From: Giardia intestinalis
Taxonomy: Eukaryota
Assembly: GCA_000002435.2 (NCBI GenBank)
Contig: CM018791.1
Strand: one strand, 5' to 3'
Length of the DNA stretch: 64,000 nucleotides
Under the pieces are notes generated by a model that saw nothing but the letters and a program-made list of their open reading frames with translations, searched no databases and was not told the DNA's origin. Shown one piece after another: positions 1 to 8,800 of this stretch (positions within the stretch are counted from its first letter, which is position 1; the number at the start of each line of letters is the position of its first letter). The position numbers and the translations under genes are program-made.

Positions 1-870
1 GTCCACGTCGATACCCTCGAAGAACTGCTTCCACGACCCAGTATCCGAGAATGTAAGCGTATAACGCATTTCGATGAAGGAAGTCTCGTCCTTCGGGTTG
101 AGGATAATCTCTCTCGCAAACTTGGAAAGGGTCTTGAGGAGCTTGTTGTCCCGCTCCGTATCTAGTGCAAAGATTACAGTTGGCCTGCCACGCTCGTGGA
201 TCAAGGCCGCTGCATTGTCCTGTCCCAGTAAGGGAAGAAAGGCGTACCGATGCGAGGCAACGAACTTCTTGATATAATTGACGTTACTGTTCTCCGTCCC
301 CTTGTAGACGATGTGTTCTCCTTCGCGAACAGCAGTCAGCTTCCATTCTTTTGCCTTGAGGAAACCAAAGAAGTGTTCACCCTTGAAATCTGTGAAGTAC
401 GACTCGTAGATCTCCTTATACTCAGGGGCTTCGAGCAGGAAGTAATTGAGAGCACGGACCTTCCGAGACTTCTCAGCGCAATCTTCAACACTGTCACACT
501 TTGTAAGAGTTGGCTCGAGCATGGAGTCGGCCCACTTCATCATCTCGTCCTTCTCGCGTGCCTTTTCATACTTAAAGACAGCGCCGCTGCTCTGCAGGAG
601 CTTGATGGTCGGGTAGCCGTTAACACCGTACTTCCCGCAAATGCTACTGTGGGCTGTGCAGTCAACTTCGGCCACAGGCATTGTCGTGTATTCGTTGGAC
701 ATCTCCTCCCAGGTGGGAGCCAGCTTCTTGCAGTGTCCGCACCACGGAGCGTAGAACTTTACAAAGAGGTTCTTGTGCTTCTCGAGCTCACTATCGAAGT
801 TGTCCTGCGTGAGAACGAGCACCTCCGCGACAGACACTGCGAGGAGAAGAGCGAAGATGGGGGGAATCAT
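1..870 (-). CDS. Protein disulfide isomerase (partial; C-terminal part lies beyond window start)
   Basis: Reverse-strand frame is open from ATG at c(868..870) to the window edge (about 290 codons, no stop), with an in-frame stop just upstream at c(910..912). Translation starts with a hydrophobic signal peptide MIPPIFALLLAVSVA, followed by the thioredoxin active site FYAPWCGHCKKLAP and b-type domain-like sequence. The ORF-track entry 250..2310(+) is antisense to this gene over its first ~650 nt. Confidence 0.75.
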   Translation of the reverse strand, partial: MIPPIFALLLAVSVAEVLVLTQDNFDSELEKHKNLFVKFYAPWCGHCKKLAPTWEEMSNEYTTMPVAEVDCTAHSSICGKYGVNGYPTIKLLQSSGAVFKYEKAREKDEMMKWADSMLEPTLTKCDSVEDCAEKSRKVRALNYFLLEAPEYKEIYESYFTDFKGEHFFGFLKAKEWKLTAVREGEHIVYKGTENSNVNYIKKFVASHRYAFLPLLGQDNAAALIHERGRPTVIFALDTERDNKLLKTLSKFAREIILNPKDETSFIEMRYTLTFSDTGSWKQFFEGIDVD

Positions 871-906
871 ACCACAAGTTTTAAATTGACGCTTCTTTTT
901 TTGATC
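871..906. promoter_or_regulatory. 36-bp divergent intergenic region shared by PDI (-) and pseudouridine synthase (+) start codons
   Basis: The entire sequence between the two ATGs is accacaagttttaaattgacgcttctttttttgatc, which is A/T-rich. The promoter role is inferred from its position only. Confidence 0.4.
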
Positions 907-2310
907 ATGTCAAATGACGGTATACCTGGCTTCGGAAATGGCCTATCTATCACAAAATGTGGCGTAGGCAGTGCAGACGCGTGCGAGGAGCCGGCGCCCA
1001 AGCAATTTCGTCCTAAGCTGGTTCATATCGCTGTGGCCCTAGGGTATGTCGGAACGCGCTACAGTGGCTCCCAATGGCAGGCACCGTCGGCGACACATCC
1101 AGATATTCGCACTGTTGAGGGGGAGATCTACGCTGCGATAGAAGCCGCAGGGATTCTGTACGGACGGGACATCAAATCCATTGGATGGACTCGGTGCTCA
1201 CGCACAGACAGGTCTGTTTCAGCTGCAATGGCGGTGTTTTCGTTCTTTGGTCCTGGGCACCTTGACCTTGTCCAAGCTCTCCAGCCCCATCTCCCCAAGG
1301 ATATTTCTATCTTTGGTACCGTCCGGGTTCCACCCAAGTTTAGCGCCAAAATGGCGTGCACAAGTAGGACCTATGAGTATATGATGCCCCTTGTGTTCCT
1401 CTTACCCAGCTCTCAGGAAGAAGCCTCTGAACCATGTCAAGACGTGCAGGCATTCTTTTCGTACTTGGACAGCCCATACTCTGCCGAGAGCACTGAAACC
1501 GTTAGGGAAGCGTGTTCGCGGTTATATACTGCACAGCGTCATGATATCCTCGACTTCTTGCGATTGGATGACGAGCTGCAGAAGATACGGACTCAGGTTC
1601 GCATCCGTGCTTCACACGATTCACCTGCAGTAATATTTGACACAATGCTTCAGCCCTTCTTGCAGCAGCTAGTAACAACTGCTTTTCTAGCCAAAATACG
1701 AGCGTACCACAACTTTACAGAAGACAATGTGCAGCCGTCTGCCAGCAGCAGAAAGATCCTGTCTTGCTCAGTGTCTCTCTCCGCCGCCTTTGACTCTCAG
1801 ACTGACGCCATAAAGGACAAACCAGCCGCAGAACTGTATACGAAGGTAACCATCTGCGGCCAAGCATTTCTCATGTACCAGATCAGAAGAATGATGGGAG
1901 CTCTTGTGGCTGTTCTTAGGGGATGGATTCCCGCATCCTTCTTATATTTTGCTTTCCAAACGCGCACCAAGCACTTGCGTATATCGACGGCACCTGGTTC
2001 CTATCTTCTACTCAAGCAACCCAACTATGAGCACCTTCTATCGAAGAAGGACTTCACTCAGCATGGTGTGTTTGTCTCTGAAGACGAAAGAATCAAGGAC
2101 TTGGCCGAACGCTTTAAGGTAGAGAACATTTACCCTGAAATAGTGCGACTTCACAAGGACATAATTGCAGAAGGCCGAGTTCAAGCTATTCTTGATGAGA
2201 TGGAACACGAGCTTTGTAAGCATGGAAATGGCTGGGCACAATCCAAGACCCTCTTTTGCGATGACATCCGAACACAGGCAGACATTGTCAGTAGGACGAT
2301 TACAATCTAA
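907..2310 (+). CDS. tRNA pseudouridine synthase, TruA/Pus3(Deg1)-like
   Basis: First ATG of the real gene at 907 (MSNDGIPG...) in the frame of ORF-track 250..2310. TruA-family motifs are present: KLVHIAVALGYVGTRYSGSQWQ (cf. RYxLxIxYDGTxYxGxQxQ) and SRTDRSVSAAMAVFSF (cf. the catalytic GRTDxGVHA region). The ATG is preceded by T/A-rich sequence. Confidence 0.65.
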   Translation: MSNDGIPGFGNGLSITKCGVGSADACEEPAPKQFRPKLVHIAVALGYVGTRYSGSQWQAPSATHPDIRTVEGEIYAAIEAAGILYGRDIKSIGWTRCSRTDRSVSAAMAVFSFFGPGHLDLVQALQPHLPKDISIFGTVRVPPKFSAKMACTSRTYEYMMPLVFLLPSSQEEASEPCQDVQAFFSYLDSPYSAESTETVREACSRLYTAQRHDILDFLRLDDELQKIRTQVRIRASHDSPAVIFDTMLQPFLQQLVTTAFLAKIRAYHNFTEDNVQPSASSRKILSCSVSLSAAFDSQTDAIKDKPAAELYTKVTICGQAFLMYQIRRMMGALVAVLRGWIPASFLYFAFQTRTKHLRISTAPGSYLLLKQPNYEHLLSKKDFTQHGVFVSEDERIKDLAERFKVENIYPEIVRLHKDIIAEGRVQAILDEMEHELCKHGNGWAQSKTLFCDDIRTQADIVSRTITI

Positions 2311-2313
2311 AGA

Positions 2314-2320
2314 AGTAAAA
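2314..2320 (+). promoter_or_regulatory. Putative poly(A) signal AGTAAAA (AGTRAAY-type) 4 nt after the stop, overlapping the next gene's AT-rich initiator
   Basis: The stop TAA is at 2308..2310. It is followed by agaAGTAAAAaattaccATG, and the next ATG is at 2328. Confidence 0.4.
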
Positions 2321-2327
2321 AATTACC

Positions 2328-4325
2328 ATGGTATGGAATAAGCCAGAGCTTCTACAGGAGATCCTCGAGCTTATCCCTCGCGCACGGTACCTCACAATAG
2401 ACTCAGAGTTCTTCTGTGGCCAGGAAATGGCTATGCCCAGCTTTCTTACTCCCGAAGCTTTTTATGAAAGATATCGGGAGCACCATCGGAATCAGTACAT
2501 TGCCCAGCTTGGCATTACTATCGCCATTCCAGATCCATCTATTTCGGCATCCGACTCCATCAATACTCAAATTTATTCTCCAAACAAAGCTTGTGAGAGG
2601 CTTGGACTTCCTCACCTCTTTGACTCTTCCTTCAGGCGTTTCTCGCTGAACACCCGGGTCTCAGAAGTCACTAAATTCTCGGTCGAAACCCTTACTTTTT
2701 TGAAGTCGAACGGCTTCAGCCTCGATAATTGGCTCGATACAGCAGTGGATCTAACCACACACCCCAGGGCTGTGATTGATCAATGCGCACAATTCTGGAC
2801 ACGCATCTTTGCAGCGATAGATTCTGTTCACGGGCCAAAGGGCTTCGGGACCGCTGGAGCAATAGCTCCTGAAGTCTTTCAAGCATTAAATCCAAATGGA
2901 AATCCAAATGGGAGCCAACCGGACAAGAAGGCGTCAAGTGGGATAGCCAAGAAATGCTTACAGGATGCGTGTGGGCTAAGCACTAATTTCCTTGCTCCTG
3001 TGGCACACGCGACAGGGTTTGCTGAGGGCTCTATCCCGCAGGTTTTCTTCACATATACAGCAGGTTGTCTCTATGAAACAGCTGTCTCTATAGATTATAG
3101 CACCCTCTTTGACTATCTTGGCTTTTTCTTGTCTGAGTTCCAGCGTGAGAACGCCAGCTTCAATTCAGATAAGAAACTTGAGTACTACATCACCATCACT
3201 CCTGATAATGGATATCCCTATGCGGTAGTCGCAAACTACGTTGATCTGTTGCGAGAAGATATCGACTCTCTGACTGGAGACTGCTCTCTAGATCTAGAGG
3301 CTAAAGTGCATGCATCTGCTCACTACTACCACCGTAGTAACAAGAGCAATCCAAAAATACTCTTATCCATACGTATTTGGCGCACCCGGGAAGAGGCTCA
3401 GCTTCATACGCACCAAGTGATCCAAAAGATGAAGACTGAGCTCTATGGTCTGCGGGCATTTACTGATGCTGTCTGCAAACATAACGTGCCTCTTGTGCTC
3501 TTTTCTGGCTGCACTGACATTTACTTGACACTGGCGTCTGTCTATGGAGAGCACTATCTTTCTACCTATGCTCAGTTTCTCACCTTAGTTTCCAACACCT
3601 TCCCGCGCTGTTTTGACCTGAAGATCTTTGTAGACTTGCCTCCCATTATCAATCACCTCAAGACCAATCTCTCCTTAGGCTCTCGTTCCTTGTCACAGAT
3701 CTTCAAGATAACATCGTATGGTCTCCAGTCAGCACAGTCAGATGCAGATGATAATAACATGGTGCACGACGCGGGCTACGACAGCTTGATGACAGCTCTT
3801 TCATTTGAATGGGTTCTTGGCCACTTCCTCGCCATAACCGGAACAATCTCCCTCGATGATCACAAGCGTTTGCTCTACAAGGTCTCTTCTATCAAGGTCA
3901 ACAAAGATCTACCCACAACTGATCTTCCATTATTTTTCAATTACTGCTGGGATAAGTTCTACATCCACCAGAGCGCGTTTCCATATTCATTAAAAGATCA
4001 CACTTCTCCAGTTAGTAGTGTTGACACCCATCAGCCAACTCTCACCCAGTATGTCCTCTATCCCGTCAAAGACCTTAGCGTTGTGGTAAAAGCGCTCTAT
4101 CCCCTCTCATCTCACCTCAAAAAAATGTACCCCGACCGTCCTTGTCACTATTATATTGAAAGAGGCAGAGATCATGGCCGTGTGTACATTCCCACAACAC
4201 ACCCCGGTGCTGCCACAATCCTTAATGAGGTCATCAATGCAGAGAGTTCTGGAAGTCAATATTCTTATGTAGACACAAGTATCGCTGAGCTACACACGCT
4301 TCAATATGCTCAGAAGAGCTTCTGA
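2328..4325 (+). CDS. CAF1-family 3'-5' exoribonuclease, PARN-like poly(A) deadenylase
   Basis: ATG at 2328 preceded by aaaaaattacc. N-terminus ELLQEILELIPRARYLTIDSEF matches the DEDD motif-I region of PARN/CAF1 (cf. AIEEADFFAIDGEFSG). HDAGYDSLMTA matches the CAF1 HEAGYDAYxTG motif. Length 665 aa. Confidence 0.65.
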   Translation: MVWNKPELLQEILELIPRARYLTIDSEFFCGQEMAMPSFLTPEAFYERYREHHRNQYIAQLGITIAIPDPSISASDSINTQIYSPNKACERLGLPHLFDSSFRRFSLNTRVSEVTKFSVETLTFLKSNGFSLDNWLDTAVDLTTHPRAVIDQCAQFWTRIFAAIDSVHGPKGFGTAGAIAPEVFQALNPNGNPNGSQPDKKASSGIAKKCLQDACGLSTNFLAPVAHATGFAEGSIPQVFFTYTAGCLYETAVSIDYSTLFDYLGFFLSEFQRENASFNSDKKLEYYITITPDNGYPYAVVANYVDLLREDIDSLTGDCSLDLEAKVHASAHYYHRSNKSNPKILLSIRIWRTREEAQLHTHQVIQKMKTELYGLRAFTDAVCKHNVPLVLFSGCTDIYLTLASVYGEHYLSTYAQFLTLVSNTFPRCFDLKIFVDLPPIINHLKTNLSLGSRSLSQIFKITSYGLQSAQSDADDNNMVHDAGYDSLMTALSFEWVLGHFLAITGTISLDDHKRLLYKVSSIKVNKDLPTTDLPLFFNYCWDKFYIHQSAFPYSLKDHTSPVSSVDTHQPTLTQYVLYPVKDLSVVVKALYPLSSHLKKMYPDRPCHYYIERGRDHGRVYIPTTHPGAATILNEVINAESSGSQYSYVDTSIAELHTLQYAQKSF

Positions 4326-4351
4326 ACAGCATTACAGGGCCAGTTCACAGA

Positions 4352-5290
4352 TCAATGTTCACGAAGCTCCACAGTAGATCCTGGCTTGAGTGCCTCCGCA
4401 CCCGCTATAAGGATTGCGTCACACATCTCACGGCCGAGGAACACTTCTCCCTGATATGTTACTATGATATTAGGACTAAGACCAAGGAAGACATTCCTTC
4501 CGAGTGTATTTCTAGAGCTTCTAGAGTTAGCAGCAGACAACCTTTGGGACATATTTGCCGATGTGGTAGTCATCGAAAGGAGGGTCTGTGCAAAAGCCTC
4601 TCTCATAAACCTGTTGCATGTGACCTTATTAGATCCATGAAAGGTCTTTGGTAGGCAGCAAATGATGTTGTTAGTCTGTGAATTATCCTCTTTTCTCTTT
4701 CTATGACTGAGGGCAGAGATATCATTGATGAGAATCAAGGCGTCTCCGCAGTTATCTGTTCGGCGATGGGGTCTCTGCAAAGCCACTTGTGAGAACTCTG
4801 TGTGCTTGGTAATGTACGCCTCATATGCAGTTATCGACCGGAAGACCTTAGCATTAGGATACCGGAGTTTATAGAATTGGGTGTCGTCCCGGGAAGATGT
4901 GCTAATGATTATGGAAACAGCATCCTCGTAGTTAGACACCGATGTTATGTCTTCAAAGAAGCGCATTTGACTCTCCTCCAGTGCCAAAGGATTCGCAATC
5001 AAAAGTGTTCCGCTCACCGGAGACAGGAAGACAATCATGGGCCTATCCAGGTAGACGAGATATATGTTATCAGTGATCTTTTTAATTACTGCGCTGGTGC
5101 ACTTTAACGATACGTGCGAGCGTGAAAGCCCAAGCAACTTCTTGTTGTATCGTCTACGAGCTGTTAAGTGCGATACAATGAATAAAAGCAATAGAATGCT
5201 GCCTATGACCGCCAAACTTACATAATTACGCCTCGCATACTCCTGTAATTCAGTTGCCAAGCTTTTGCCGGCAAATGGCCAACTTTGCAT
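4352..5290 (-). CDS. Hypothetical type II (signal-anchor) membrane protein, 312 aa
   Basis: First in-frame ATG at c(5288..5290) (MQSWPFAGK...). The ORF-track start at 5383 is a TTG and would overlap the divergent MORN gene. There is a single N-terminal hydrophobic segment LAVIGSILLLLFIVSHL followed by an RRRYNKK positive cluster. No recognisable catalytic motif. Confidence 0.5.
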   Translation of the reverse strand: MQSWPFAGKSLATELQEYARRNYVSLAVIGSILLLLFIVSHLTARRRYNKKLLGLSRSHVSLKCTSAVIKKITDNIYLVYLDRPMIVFLSPVSGTLLIANPLALEESQMRFFEDITSVSNYEDAVSIIISTSSRDDTQFYKLRYPNAKVFRSITAYEAYITKHTEFSQVALQRPHRRTDNCGDALILINDISALSHRKRKEDNSQTNNIICCLPKTFHGSNKVTCNRFMREAFAQTLLSMTTTSANMSQRLSAANSRSSRNTLGRNVFLGLSPNIIVTYQGEVFLGREMCDAILIAGAEALKPGSTVELREH

Positions 5291-5301
5291 TTTAATAGAA
5301 A
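5291..5301. promoter_or_regulatory. 11-bp bidirectional initiator between two divergent start codons
   Basis: 5288..5304 reads CATtttaatagaaaATG. The two start codons on opposite strands are separated by only tttaatagaaa. The arms are near-mirror (cattttaa / ttaaaatg on the other strand). Confidence 0.5.
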
Positions 5302-5838
5302 ATGCCTCCAGCCTCCACAAAGAAGCCAGCCGCGAAGAAGGAAGAACAGAGAGTCGAGGGGCATGGAAAGTTCTGGTTTCCAAATGGTGACATTTATATA
5401 GGGGATTATTACGAGGAAGGACCCATCAGAAAACGCCACGGAAAGGGTCGGTACACTATGCATTGCCAAGAGGACATGGAAGACCCAGAGGTTCCCGAAG
5501 AGATTCGCTCCCAGGACATCCCTGCGCGGCTCCCACAGGACATAGTTGCTCTGGACGGGACGTGGGATGCAGATGCGTTTATTGAAGGAACGGTGCGCTT
5601 TGCCAGTGGCGCATTCTACACTGGAAAGATAGATAGAGAAGGATTTTATGTCAGCGGTGGCCGGTATACTTGGCCGGATGGGAGCTGGTATGAGGGAGAC
5701 ATCTCCCGCAACATACTCCATGGCCACGGGAAGTACTATTCTTCTCACACAGATACAGTGACAGAGGGTGCCTTCCGGAATAATCACGGACCAGGCCTTG
5801 ATGAGCGCTATGCAAGCCTCAATCCATGCCAACCTTAA
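5302..5838 (+). CDS. MORN-repeat protein (178 aa)
   Basis: ATG at 5302 after tttaatagaaa. Repeated MORN-like units are present: YIGDYYEEGPIRKRHGKGRY, YTGKIDREGFYVSGGRYTW, YEGDISRNILHGHGKYY (Y-x-G-x...G-x-G-x-Y pattern). The N-terminus is a basic, Lys-rich stretch. Confidence 0.6.
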   Translation: MPPASTKKPAAKKEEQRVEGHGKFWFPNGDIYIGDYYEEGPIRKRHGKGRYTMHCQEDMEDPEVPEEIRSQDIPARLPQDIVALDGTWDADAFIEGTVRFASGAFYTGKIDREGFYVSGGRYTWPDGSWYEGDISRNILHGHGKYYSSHTDTVTEGAFRNNHGPGLDERYASLNPCQP

Positions 5839-5845
5839 ATGTAAA

Positions 5846-5852
5846 AGTGAAT
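5846..5852 (+). promoter_or_regulatory. Putative poly(A) signal AGTGAAT 8 nt after the MORN gene stop
   Basis: TAAatgtaaaAGTGAATaacgaaaaagc. The giant gene's ATG is at 5888. Confidence 0.45.
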
Positions 5853-5887
5853 AACGAAAAAGCTTGCCAGCTAAGGCCGACTACGCG

Positions 5888-8800
5888 ATGATAGAGGGAA
5901 TTATCGCCTATTTGCAAGGCCTTGTCGACACAGACGAAGACAAGGCGTATCTTGTGAATTACTTTTCGGCCAACGAGTTCCAGTCTCTACTTTCTGGAGC
6001 GACGACCCATACTGTAATAAAACTCACTAATTTCCCGGGAATCGATTTATTTCTACAGAACATCAAGGGCTACCAGTTGTTGTTGTCCTCTTATAAAGGC
6101 GACGCCCGCTATCTACTACTTTTGTTCCATAGCGGCAAGGTCACACACTTTTCCGAGTTCACTCTTTCAACGGTTCACCTACTATTGGATCAGCTCCCTC
6201 TGTCTACGTTTCAATATCTAGACACTATTGCGAGAATCCGATTTCTGCAACAACTGGCTTCCTCATATAACGTAGCATTGAACATTTTCCCCAGCTATCT
6301 TACGCCCCTGTTTATTGAGACTTTTCATAGCACTGTGCTCCTCTTTCTGCGTTACTATCCTTGCGATCCTAAATCTATTTCGGGAAAGGCAGAGGCATTG
6401 CAGGACATCGGTATTAGCCAGCTTACAGTCGAGGGACTGGAGCAAAGCATGGCAGACATTCGTAACCTTGTTGCCGGTACAAGTGAGGCAAAGGCGTCTT
6501 CTCCAGAACCTTTGCAAGTTTCTCTTGGAACGCACCGCGAAGTAGTTCTACTTCTTAGTGTGTACCTTTCTACTGCTCTGGCGTCTTTTCATGCTCTGGC
6601 TTCGGAGATTGCCTACACTTTCTCAACCTATTCACATCTGCCAACGCTTACAGACACACTGTTGTACCTGCACCAGATGATGTCTCGAGTTGCATATGCA
6701 CTGAGCTTCTTAGAGTCCCCTCTCGTTTTAGAACTGCTTCAGTTTGTTCAGTCAGCTCTGGAGGGCGCCAGATTATCTAATCCAAAGCAGCGATCCAAGA
6801 CTCTGACAGATCTCGTCACTGCAGAAAACAATATTATTCTCCATCTGCAGTCGCTGAAGACCGATTTCATCTCCGTCAAGGCCTTACTTCATAGAAACAT
6901 GCGTCTTTTGGATGCTATCGTTCCCTTCATTTCATCTATTCACGACATTCTTTGCCCATTCACTGTACAATTGTCGTGTGAATTGCACATGATATGGCCT
7001 AAGAGAGATACGGTGGTGTCCACAACTTACTTTTACGAACTGCTGCATCAGTTGTTAAATCTTGATTATAAAACCATTCTCCACACAACAGAGACAATGT
7101 ACACTATCGCCAATTCTCTTGATCTTCGTCGGGTGGATGGGAACCCTCTGATTCATGATACTGTCGAGGGTGTGCAGAAAAGACGACCTCACGATCTATC
7201 CCTCTCACCACAGTTTTGTCTTTCCATCATAAAACTATTCGCAAATGACATGGACCTTTGTCTCACAAATCTAATTCTTCTCTTTTGCAATGAGATAATA
7301 GACGGTTCATCCTCAAAAGACGACATGAATACACTTGTATCTGCCCTGTCTTCTCTGGCGTCGTTGACACCAAGTAATGGTCATCGTTTTAGCGCCAGTA
7401 CAACTCTTGACACAGATCTAGATCTTGGCGACCAGTCGAAAGAGCCTGCTGAATCTTCTTCAGGCGTATCTAGAACGGTCGAGGTTCTACAACTCGTACT
7501 TGCTATCACTAAAATTGAGCATAACTCCATGAGAAACTTTGTGTTTATGACAGCTGAACCAGATTTGTTCCAATCCTATATGCAGCCTCCTTTGTCCAAC
7601 AATGGTTCCCATCACGACGGCCCAGACAGTACAGATAGCACAGACAGTATACTTTATGGTCTGCAGATGTCCCACGTGTCCCTTCCCAACCAGTCCTTTT
7701 CGGCATCTGGGTCTGCGTCCACAGAGGCTGTGTTGGGTCATTCACAGAGCCCTCTTTACAGCACCTTAGCAGGACAACTAGCGCCTCAAGGGGCAGACGC
7801 TCTTCATAGATCTGACTGCTTGGCAGCGTGCCGAGCCAAAGAGCCACAGCAACTCACTGCGGATGAGATATTCGATATGAAGGTGGCTGACATACTAGAG
7901 GCACCTATTTACAGGCTGTGCATAACAGAGTTTGCGCCTCGATCTATCGCCTCTCTTTATTTTCTCATTCGGATTGCTCATGCAGCGTACTTCTCTTATT
8001 CGCGGCTCCAGCTCATTTTTGTGCAGCTCTATAGACCTGCTTCTGGTCACAAGGAGACTACTTTTATGCAGGCAGTTCAGCCAGGGTCTTTGCACCTTGA
8101 AGTTACATCCACAGCAGCGTACAAGGCAAACAGCGCGGTTGCGGCAGATATTTGTCTCTATACCATTGCTCTGCGCAACATAGTAGAGGCATCTGGGCCG
8201 ATTGAAATCATTAAGCTGGCTCTCCTTAACTATCATGAGTTCGAAGCCCTTCACCCAAAGGAAGGCAGGCTGTTTCAAACTATTATGAACAGCGATACCT
8301 CTTTCATTCATACTGTTATTTCGTACATCGTACAAAAGTATCTGGTTGACACATCACCAACAGTGGGCCTCTGTGCCTTGTTTGTTGACTCACAAGCCCA
8401 GCAGTTACAATTCTGCAAGGAGATGGAGCTGGCCCGTAGCAAGGTTCTTTCTCTCGACTCATCTTTATGCAGAGAAAAGCCCCTTCAGAGAATCCCAAGT
8501 TCATGTCTCGACAAGTCAGTAGAAGTTCCTAATGGCACTCACTTTGCGCTACTCATGGAACAGATTCTAGAAATGTGCCGTGCACAGCTTATAGAGACCT
8601 TTAAAATCAATTATACCCTTCGTCTGCAGCTGAGCGCGACATCTGCACTCTCTTTTGTGAAGAAAGTCTCGTCATACATTATGTTTATGTTCAAGGGACG
8701 AGCAAGAGAGCTGATTCAATCTTTTTATGACGGAGTGATCAAAGTTGCAGCCGAGACTATTCGGCAGACAGAGGCTTACTTCCATACAGTTTTATGTAAG

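Noticed and set aside
250-906. 5' part of ORF-track entry 250..2310 (+), which would extend the pseudouridine-synthase ORF upstream by ~220 codons
   Set aside because: That stretch is the antisense of the PDI gene (the minus strand there encodes signal peptide + WCGHCK). The + translation (MRGNELLDIIDVTVLRPLVDD...) has no protein-like features. The real + gene starts at ATG 907.
5218-5832. 204-codon minus-strand ORF
   Set aside because: It is antisense to the MORN-repeat gene, which has clear repeat motifs and a proper initiator. No features of its own.
5864-5887. ORF-track start of the giant gene at 5864; similarly 33111, 46793 and 5383
   Set aside because: These starts are TTG/GTG codons (bacterial-style alternative starts used by the ORF finder). 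In a eukaryote the first ATG with an AT-rich context (5888, 33138, 46931, c5290) is the plausible start.
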